Positions 9,401 through 15,315 of a DNA stretch of 20,000 nucleotides are shown here, one piece after another; the stretch's first letter is position 1; each line of letters opens with the position of its first letter. Source of the DNA: an uncultured virus (IMG/VR IMGVR_UViG_3300032116_000119) (lineage: Duplodnaviria > Heunggongvirae > Uroviricota > Caudoviricetes). The stretch is taken from the IMG/VR virus record IMGVR_UViG_3300032116_000119; one strand, 5' to 3'. Under the pieces are notes generated by a model. That model was not told the DNA's origin and ran no database searches. It was given only the letters and a program-made list of their open reading frames with translations. Made by a program: the position numbers and the translations under genes.

Positions 9401-9747
9401 GTTCTTACTTGGTTCTTTGTAATGACAACAGGATTGTTTCTTTCATTCCTTCTGAGGAAATAAAAGAATCATCTCATGCTCTTGTTAAGTTTTTAGGATA
9501 TAAGCAGTTGCCATTTAAAGATGAGGAAATGTTTGTTGTCTCATTTAAACCTAGAATTACAAAGGCTGGAAAGAAGATGGCATCTCTTACGTTGGCAGAC
9601 ACCAAGAGAGATCTTCATTCTGTTACAGTATTTCCAACATCATTTGCAAAAGCATATATGCATATTGAAGAAGGAAAGTATTATAAATTTGATTTTGGAA
9701 AAACAAAAGACGGAACCGTAACATTGGAGGATGTACATGTCAGTTAG
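6472..9747 (+). CDS. dnaE: DNA polymerase III alpha subunit (C family), 1091 aa
   Basis: PHP motifs LHVHTHFSLFDG, TDHG, DCHH; GPGRGSSAGSLV; catalytic PDIDTD; GIHAAGVV; KIDALGL; GVFQ; YQEQVM; YSFNKSHAVAY. Confidence 0.97.
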   Translation: MNYVGLHVHTHFSLFDGIATPEELVNRAVELGMPALAITDHGTLSGHRELYRVAKAKGIKPILGLEGYMCADISDKRDKSERQGQQDLVYNHIILLAKNKIGLENLNKISELAWTDGFFKKPRFDFKVLEKYKEGIIVSSACPSSVLVKALEEEEFALAKKYITWFKDQFGSDYYIEVMPHNEAHINKYLLDLADEFNIKAIVTPDCHHSHPGQKEIQEFKLIMNTHAKVSKDVSYAKSAKCSDMMDRLDLLYGKDREITFNKFDIHLLSYEEMKTAMKSQGIDREDIYSNTIELADTVEDYGIQEGLNLLPVQYKSPDKELARVALEGLQQRGLADNKIYIDRLNEELDIIKDKKFAPYFLVVSNMINWAKKEDILVGPGRGSSAGSLVCYALKITDIDPIEHNLLFFRFINPERNDFPDIDTDIQDTRREEVKDYLVRQYRHVASIATFLQFTGKGIVRDVARVLNIPLSDVNKVLKTVDSWDDYCTSKSTLEFREKYPEVEIYGEQLRGRIRGTGIHAAGVVTSKDPIFRYAPLETRSSTGSDDRIPVVGVDMEEAEKIGLIKIDALGLKTLSVLKDTIDIIKDRHGKKIDLLKIKMDDANVYQMLSDGYTKGVFQCEAAPYTNLLVKMGVKNLSELAASNALVRPGAMNTIGKDYVDRKHGRQNISYIHQILKEFTEDTYGCILYQEQVMQACVHLGGMSMSEADKVRKIIGKKKDAKEFDQFKEKFVEGASQYITPHAALDLWHDFEAHAGYSFNKSHAVAYSTLSYWTAWLKYYYPLEFMYSVLKNEGDKDARTEYLIEAKRMGISVKLPHINDSDIDFKIEGKGIRFGLTAIKFISDKIAERYIQARPFNSYAELEAFTFTKGNGVNSRALQALRAIGAATFPDNPRNDQEIKENLYEYLNLPEFNITIPSHYYAFIQDIIDFEEKGSYIFMGMVKSIKRGTGWSRVEILDKTGSVGIFDDENTTIETGRSYLVLCNDNRIVSFIPSEEIKESSHALVKFLGYKQLPFKDEEMFVVSFKPRITKAGKKMASLTLADTKRDLHSVTVFPTSFAKAYMHIEEGKYYKFDFGKTKDGTVTLEDVHVS

Positions 9748-10753
9748 TATAGAGGAAGCATTAGCACAGTTAGACCCTAAATTAAGAAAAAGATTAGGTA
9801 GTGGGGTAGGTGTCAACTATGAATATCAGCCAACACCAAGTTATGGTCTAAATAGAGCATTGGGTGGTGGTTTGCCTTACGGTAGACAGGTTCTTATCTG
9901 GGGATCAAAGTCATCTGCAAAGTCCTCTATGTGCCTTCAAATGATTGCTTTAGCACAGGCAGAGGGTAAGTTGTGTGCATGGATCGATTCTGAAATGTCT
10001 TATTCAGAAGACTGGGCTCGTAAAATGGGGGTAGATCCAGAGAAACTAATCTACTCACAGGCTAGAACTATTAGTGATATGGTCGATGTTGGCGTGGCAC
10101 TTATGAATGCTGGTGTTGATTTAATTGTGGTAGACTCTATTACATCAATGCTTCCTGCAATTTATTTTGAAAAGGACACTGATGAAATGAAGGCTTTGGA
10201 AAACACAAAGCAGATTGGAGCAGAGTCTCGTGACTTTAGTAACGCATGGAAAATGCTTAACTATGCAAACAATAAAGTTAAGCCAACTTTGCTTGTTCTT
10301 ATTTCTCAGTCTCGTAACAATATCAATGCTATGTATACTAGCCAGCAGCCTTCTGGTGGTCAGGCTACTAAGTTTTATTCCTCATGTATTATTAAACTCT
10401 TTTCTTCAGAGTCAGACAATCAGGCGATTAAAGGAAAGATTAAGGTAGGGGATAAGTTGATTGAAGAAAAGATTGGTAGAACTGTGAGATGGGAATTGCA
10501 ATTTTCAAAAACATCTCCAGGTTTTCAGTCTGGAGAATATGATTTTTATTTCAGAGGAGACAATGTTGGGCTAGATACTATTGGAGATTTAGTCACTACA
10601 GCAGAGTTAAACGGAATTGTAGAGCGTACAGGAGCATGGTATCTTTTGCCAGATGGCACAAAGGTCCAGGGGAAAGAAGCATTTGTTAATCGTGTAAGAG
10701 AGGATCTTGACTTGCAAGAATTTATCAAGAATAAACTAAATGGCCAACTATAG
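9737..10753 (+). CDS. recA: RecA/UvsX-like recombinase (start probably ATG 9737)
   Basis: LNRALGGGLPYGR, Walker A-like GSKSSAKS, WIDSE, Walker B IVVDS, ISQ, SGGQATKFYSS, GAWY; GGAGG at 9726-9730 fits ATG 9737. Confidence 0.93.
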   Translation: MSVSIEEALAQLDPKLRKRLGSGVGVNYEYQPTPSYGLNRALGGGLPYGRQVLIWGSKSSAKSSMCLQMIALAQAEGKLCAWIDSEMSYSEDWARKMGVDPEKLIYSQARTISDMVDVGVALMNAGVDLIVVDSITSMLPAIYFEKDTDEMKALENTKQIGAESRDFSNAWKMLNYANNKVKPTLLVLISQSRNNINAMYTSQQPSGGQATKFYSSCIIKLFSSESDNQAIKGKIKVGDKLIEEKIGRTVRWELQFSKTSPGFQSGEYDFYFRGDNVGLDTIGDLVTTAELNGIVERTGAWYLLPDGTKVQGKEAFVNRVREDLDLQEFIKNKLNGQL

Positions 10754-10919
10754 TGTTTATGAAGGAAAATTTCCTTGTAAGACTTGCAAGAAAGAAGTAA
10801 AAACAATAAGAGTTTATTTAGATACAGGCATGGCATCTTGGATGTGTTCAGATAAGCATTTGTCTGAATGTCATTTATTTAAGGCTGGATATAAAACAAA
10901 GAAGAAAAAAGATGAGTGA
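10740..10919 (+). CDS. Small Zn-binding protein, 59 aa (not in the ORF track)
   Basis: MANYSVYEGKFPCKTCKKEVKTIRVYLDTGMASWMCSDKHLSECHLFKAGYKTKKKKDE; CxxC...CxxxH; overlaps recA and the next gene, filling the gap. Confidence 0.75.
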   Translation: MANYSVYEGKFPCKTCKKEVKTIRVYLDTGMASWMCSDKHLSECHLFKAGYKTKKKKDE

Positions 10920-11193
10920 GAAAAGCGAGAGCAAAAGAATAGGCGCAAGACAGCATAAAAACTCTGGGCGTAATACTCAGAAAGGCGATGCGTCTTGGAA
11001 TAATTTCGTTCTAGACTTTAAAGAGGTTGGAAAATCTTTTACCTTGAATAAAGAGGTTTGGGCTAAGGCTACTACAGATGCCATAAAGAATGGCAAAGAT
11101 CCAGCCATAGTGGTAGTAATAGGCGAGGGTAATGCAAAGGTAAGACTTGCTATAATTGAGATGAGCATACTAGAAGATATGATGGAGGAATAA
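10912..11193 (+). CDS. Small PD-(D/E)XK nuclease, putative Hjc-type Holliday junction resolvase, 93 aa
   Basis: N-terminal E, NSG, GD...DFK catalytic-like pattern, then PAIVVV; recombination-gene context. Confidence 0.55.
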   Translation: MSEKSESKRIGARQHKNSGRNTQKGDASWNNFVLDFKEVGKSFTLNKEVWAKATTDAIKNGKDPAIVVVIGEGNAKVRLAIIEMSILEDMMEE

Positions 11194-11498
11194 TGGAACA
11201 GCAGCAAACAACAATAGACATGGTAAATGGTTTATCCGAAATTGCAGAATACATGCAGGATGAGGAGTTGACTACAGCCCTTACCTTTATCGCTAAGATT
11301 ATTATCAAACCAGATATACCTTTAAATGTAGCCACAGTAGAGATCGTTCGTCTACAGGCTATTGCTGCCAAAATGTCCTTAAAAGCAACATGGATGGCCA
11401 ATGTTGACAAATCAGACAGAGGAAAGAAGAATCTTTACTATACAGCAGCAGAGTCAATTAACAATCTTGTTTCTGCCTTAAAGTACATAATCCGATAA
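11193..11498 (+). CDS. Hypothetical all-helical protein, 101 aa
   Basis: GGAGG RBS; TAATG coupling; clean ORF. Confidence 0.75.
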   Translation: MEQQQTTIDMVNGLSEIAEYMQDEELTTALTFIAKIIIKPDIPLNVATVEIVRLQAIAAKMSLKATWMANVDKSDRGKKNLYYTAAESINNLVSALKYIIR

Positions 11499-11500
11499 TC

Positions 11501-11515
11501 TGCTATACTTATACT
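11501..11515 (+). promoter_or_regulatory. Extended -10 element TGcTATACT followed by a second TATACT
   Basis: Intergenic; TATACT at 11504-11509 and 11510-11515; no canonical -35. Confidence 0.55.
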
Positions 11516-11532
11516 AAGAGAAACGAGAAATA

Positions 11533-12348
11533 ATGACAAAAAATTTACTACATACGGTTATGATAAAAGCAGAAGAAAAACAGATACATCCTATGAACAT
11601 TGCTGAACTAGAAGCAAAAATCAAAGAAGGATATACGATTAATCGTGTAGACAAGCATACAGTCAAAAAGACTTTTGCTCCTTCTACAATTGCATATGGA
11701 CATGGAGAGTGTGCTAGATATTGGTACCTAGCATTTGATGGCCAGGTATTTGAGGATAATGCTGACGCATATGCTGCAGCAAATATGACTGCTGGAACAT
11801 TATCTCATGCTAGAATTCAATCAGCAATGATGAATTCTGGAGTAGCAAAAATTTATCGTAATGATGATAATGAGACAACTACTGAATTTAAGATTACGCA
11901 CAGCGATCCCCCAATCTTCGGGTATGGAGATGTAATGCTTGATTGGCAAGGGGAAGAACTCATTGGTGAAATTAAAACAATGATGAATGAAGGCTTTGAG
12001 TATAGAAAAGCATCAGGTAAAGCAAAGACTGGCCACCTAATGCAATTGCTTATATATATGAAGATTTTAAAGAGGCCAAAGGGTGTTATGATTTATGAGA
12101 ATAAAAATAATCATGAACTTCTTTTGATTCCTGTAGAAGTAAACGATCATTACCGTCGGTGGGTAGACCAGGCATTTGATTGGATGAGGACAGTTAGAAA
12201 GGCTTGGCAAGATAAAACTTTGCCAGTTAAAAACTATAGATCTAATTCCAAGATATGCAAGTCATGCCCAATTAAAAAAGCATGTGAGTCTGCAGGGACA
12301 GGCGTAGTTAAAATACCGCCCCTGGAGATTCTTAGTGAGACATTGTAA
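11533..12348 (+). CDS. Cas4/RecB-like PD-(D/E)XK exonuclease with a probable Fe-S cluster, 271 aa
   Basis: PS...CARY, GTLSH, GYGD, GEIKT, QLLIY, C-terminal CKSCPIKKAC (1+3 Cys staple). Confidence 0.85.
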   Translation: MTKNLLHTVMIKAEEKQIHPMNIAELEAKIKEGYTINRVDKHTVKKTFAPSTIAYGHGECARYWYLAFDGQVFEDNADAYAAANMTAGTLSHARIQSAMMNSGVAKIYRNDDNETTTEFKITHSDPPIFGYGDVMLDWQGEELIGEIKTMMNEGFEYRKASGKAKTGHLMQLLIYMKILKRPKGVMIYENKNNHELLLIPVEVNDHYRRWVDQAFDWMRTVRKAWQDKTLPVKNYRSNSKICKSCPIKKACESAGTGVVKIPPLEILSETL

Positions 12349-12619
12349 TTATTGTGATAAGCAGTTTGAGCAGTCGGTATCATATCAAATATACTGTTCT
12401 GTTGATTGTAGGGACCTTGCAACAAAAGAAAAAATTGCTGCAAGGTATCTTCAATCTAAAAGATTAAAAAGAAAGGGCAAGGTAAGGCCTTGTAAGTCGT
12501 GCTCTATGCCACTATCAATATATAATGATAATCCTATATGTAATACATGCTCTGTAAATCCAGATGCAGTTGCTAAAGCAATTAAAAAAATAAAGGATAA
12601 GACTAATGGCAAAAAATAA
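12335..12619 (+). CDS. Cys-rich Zn-finger protein, 94 aa
   Basis: CNYC...YCSVDC and CKSC...CNTC; overlaps both neighbours. Confidence 0.75.
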   Translation: MRHCNYCDKQFEQSVSYQIYCSVDCRDLATKEKIAARYLQSKRLKRKGKVRPCKSCSMPLSIYNDNPICNTCSVNPDAVAKAIKKIKDKTNGKK

Positions 12620-13184
12620 ATGGGGCATAGAAGTAAAACCTCATAAAATTTGTTCTATAGATGCCAGTACGAATAGTCTTGCTTTTGCTCTTTTTGAGGG
12701 AGATGACTTAAAATCAGTAGGTAAAATTAGTTTTGAAGGCAATGATATATATCAAAAAGTGATTGATGCTAGTAAAAAGGTAAAAGCGTTTTTTGATATA
12801 TATAACGGATTTGAAGCAATAGTTATAGAGCATACTGTTTTCATGAATAGCCCCAAAACCGCTGCAGACCTTGCACTTGTACAGGGGGCAATTCTAGGCG
12901 CTGCAGGACAAACTGGAACAAAGGTCATAGGCAAAGTATCTCCAATAACATGGCAAAACTATATAGGTAATAAAAAAATATCAAAAGATGAACAGTTATA
13001 TATTAGGTCACAAAATCCAGGAAAATCAGAATCTTGGTACAAGACATATGAAAGAAACTTAAGAAAAGAAAGAACTATAAAGTTTATCAATACAATATAC
13101 GACAGATCTATCAAAGATAACGATGTAGCAGATGCATGCGGAATTGGACACTGGGCAATTAACAATTGGAGTAAAGCATTATGA
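12606..13184 (+). CDS. ruvC: RuvC-like Holliday junction resolvase, 192 aa
   Basis: SIDAST (catalytic D), IVIEH (E), L..VQGAILG, PITWQ, DNDVADACGIG. Confidence 0.85.
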   Translation: MAKNKWGIEVKPHKICSIDASTNSLAFALFEGDDLKSVGKISFEGNDIYQKVIDASKKVKAFFDIYNGFEAIVIEHTVFMNSPKTAADLALVQGAILGAAGQTGTKVIGKVSPITWQNYIGNKKISKDEQLYIRSQNPGKSESWYKTYERNLRKERTIKFINTIYDRSIKDNDVADACGIGHWAINNWSKAL

Positions 13185-14236
13185 AGATACTGGTATCAAT
13201 AATATCTTATAAAGAAGCAGATTTAAAAGGAACAGTTTTAGACTGTTATTCAAAAGCAAAAGATAAAAATGGTTTATTTTTTTCCATTGTAGAGGAACAT
13301 TTTCCAGAATTTTATTCTGATTTAAGTTTTATACCAGAAGAGCAGATTCTGTATAGAAAATTTGATTTGTCAGAGTATCGTGGAATCCTTTGGGCTAGAG
13401 ACCTTACAACAAAAAATATACCAGTTGATTTTGATTATGTGCTTTATATTTGTGGCCATACAAGATTTGAACAAGACTGGGATATAACATGCCTACAAGA
13501 ATACGTAAAAGCAAAAGCAAAGTCTGAAACTGGGAAAGCCGTTTTAACTTTTTGTCCACCCGACTTTGAGTACAACGATGATTGGTCTATTAAATATAAG
13601 AATGATGTAAAGACTAACCTTTATCATCCTTCTATTACTGGATGGGATCCAATAAAGCGAGAGGTTGCAGACTTTGTTCCAGGATATTGGTTTCCAATTG
13701 GAAATGTGCCGCCAGAAGACGACGATGTTCATGAAAATTATTGGGTACACTTTACATGGTGCTTTGCAGAAAAATTATATATTGATGAAGTTCCATTAGA
13801 TCCAGAAATGAATTTTAATGGAGAAGAGCCTTATGTGTCTTTACAGTCTTGGGGCAGGGGTTGGAGAATGTTTGCAACATCAAAAATTTTTTCATATCAT
13901 CATCTTTCAAGAAAATATCCAGGAGAAAAATTAAGTAGATATGACACCGCCAGGCCTTGGGCAGATGACAAGAAAAAAGATCATTGGGAGCATTCAAGAA
14001 AAGCAATGTTAAAACTTAATTTGCTTTTTTCTGGAAGATTGACTGGAGTCTACGGAAATATTCCTTTAGAAGTTACTCAAGAGTATTGCAGAAAAAGTGG
14101 TATTCCTTTAGGAATGACAAGATACAATGCAAATTATGATAAAATTGATAGGTATCAGCATCATGTTCTTAATAAAGATAAACCACCAGTAAAAAGAGAA
14201 GATTTAGACTGGAAAATACCAGGAGTTGACAAATAA
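13181..14236 (+). CDS. GT-A glycosyltransferase of the GlcNAc/GT60-like (Skp1/polypeptide GlcNAc-transferase) family, 351 aa
   Basis: ILVSIISYKE..L..TV.D; RGILWARD; Y.L.I-CGH-TRF...WD; PLDP...FNGEE; GW..F; SYH. The family DxH is replaced by CGH. Confidence 0.75.
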   Translation: MKILVSIISYKEADLKGTVLDCYSKAKDKNGLFFSIVEEHFPEFYSDLSFIPEEQILYRKFDLSEYRGILWARDLTTKNIPVDFDYVLYICGHTRFEQDWDITCLQEYVKAKAKSETGKAVLTFCPPDFEYNDDWSIKYKNDVKTNLYHPSITGWDPIKREVADFVPGYWFPIGNVPPEDDDVHENYWVHFTWCFAEKLYIDEVPLDPEMNFNGEEPYVSLQSWGRGWRMFATSKIFSYHHLSRKYPGEKLSRYDTARPWADDKKKDHWEHSRKAMLKLNLLFSGRLTGVYGNIPLEVTQEYCRKSGIPLGMTRYNANYDKIDRYQHHVLNKDKPPVKREDLDWKIPGVDK

Positions 14237-14254
14237 AGTTATGGCTGCTAAACT
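14226..14254 (+). promoter_or_regulatory. Sigma-A promoter TTGACA-N17-TAAACT (extended TG)
   Basis: TTGACA 14226-14231, TG 14246-14247, TAAACT 14249-14254; straddles the glycosyltransferase stop and the start of the HTH gene. Confidence 0.65.
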
Positions 14255-14396
14255 ATATACAAGCGAGGCTTTTATGCGTAAGCGTTATGTTATGGATAAA
14301 AAGACTCCAGAGGAAATTGCAAAGGAGTGTGGGGTAAGCGTGGAAACTATTTATGTGTACCTTGCTAAATTTGGATTAAGGAAATCAAAGAGATGA
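14241..14396 (+). CDS. Small HTH DNA-binding protein, 51 aa (not in the ORF track)
   Basis: MAAKLYTSEAFMRKRYVMDKKTPEEIAKECGVSVETIYVYLAKFGLRKSKR; classic HTH TPEEIAKECGVSVETIYVYL. Confidence 0.85.
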   Translation: MAAKLYTSEAFMRKRYVMDKKTPEEIAKECGVSVETIYVYLAKFGLRKSKR

Positions 14397-14530
14397 AAAA
14401 GATACTGTTGCCTATCGTTGTATTTATTGGCGTGTTTTCATCATTGACAGGTATAGCGCTAATTAGATTGTCAAAAAGCATGGAAGACTGGGAAGCGTCT
14501 TGGGAAGAAGAGGATGAAAGTGAGTTCTGA
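14393..14530 (+). CDS. Small single-pass membrane protein with an acidic tail, 45 aa (not in the ORF track)
   Basis: MKKILLPIVVFIGVFSSLTGIALIRLSKSMEDWEASWEEEDESEF; ATGA overlap with the HTH gene and overlap with the next gene. Confidence 0.7.
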   Translation: MKKILLPIVVFIGVFSSLTGIALIRLSKSMEDWEASWEEEDESEF

Positions 14531-14792
14531 AACACAGTTTACAATTGCTCAAGTTTGTGACGAAATTAAAGAAATGCTTATTGCAAAAAATAAATCATAC
14601 GGAGATTCTGCTTTAAATCCAGTTAGAATTTTTGCTACATCTGATAGTGTGGAGCAACTTCATGTTCGTATTGATGACAAGTTATCAAGAATAACTAGGG
14701 GCGGATCTTATATTGGAGATAATGATATAGATGATCTTATTGGATATTTGATACTTTTAAAAATTGCAAGGGAATTAAATAATGTCAACTGA
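14514..14792 (+). CDS. Nucleotide modification associated domain 1 (Nmad1/DUF1599)-like protein, about 90 aa
   Basis: KNKSYGDS...VRIDDKLSRI...DDLIGYLIL signature; alternative GTG start at 14520. Confidence 0.75.
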   Translation: MKVSSETQFTIAQVCDEIKEMLIAKNKSYGDSALNPVRIFATSDSVEQLHVRIDDKLSRITRGGSYIGDNDIDDLIGYLILLKIARELNNVN

Positions 14793-15315
14793 AGATGATT
14801 TAGTTAAACATCTTGATCAGGTAAATCAAGTAGTAGAAGAATACCTAAAAGGTAATGACCCCACGGTAATTTCAAAGCAACTTGCCATACCAAGACAAAA
14901 AGTAGTAACACTTATTAATGAGTGGAAAGTTATGGCTTCTGCCAATGATGCAATTCGTGCTCGTGCTAAAGAGGCACTTGCTGCAGCAGACACACATTAT
15001 AGTAAACTGGTATCTCGTACATACGAGGTTATTGATGAAGCATCAATGACAAATAATCTTAGTGCAAAGACTGCTGCTATCAAACTTGTAATGGACATTG
15101 AGTCTAAAAGAATTGATATGCTACAAAAGGCTGGTCTTCTTGAGAACAAAGAACTAGCAGAAGAAATGATTCAGATAGAAAGACGGCAAGAGGTTTTGAT
15201 GGGAATTCTTCGTGACATAGCGTCTGAGTATCCGCAGATACGAGATGAGATTATGCGTAGACTTTCTGATATTGCCAAGAAAGATGAAGTGATTACAATT
15301 GTCCATGATGTTTGA
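14782..15315 (+). CDS. HTH/helical protein, putative terminase small subunit, 177 aa
   Basis: N-terminal HTH (GNDPTVISKQLAIPRQKVVTLINEW) plus long helices; directly upstream of and overlapping terL. Confidence 0.6.
   Translation: MSTEDDLVKHLDQVNQVVEEYLKGNDPTVISKQLAIPRQKVVTLINEWKVMASANDAIRARAKEALAAADTHYSKLVSRTYEVIDEASMTNNLSAKTAAIKLVMDIESKRIDMLQKAGLLENKELAEEMIQIERRQEVLMGILRDIASEYPQIRDEIMRRLSDIAKKDEVITIVHDV

Noticed and set aside
11533..12348. CRISPR-Cas system suggested by the Cas4-like gene
   Set aside because: No repeat-spacer array and no other cas genes in the window; solo Cas4-like exonucleases are common in phage recombination modules.
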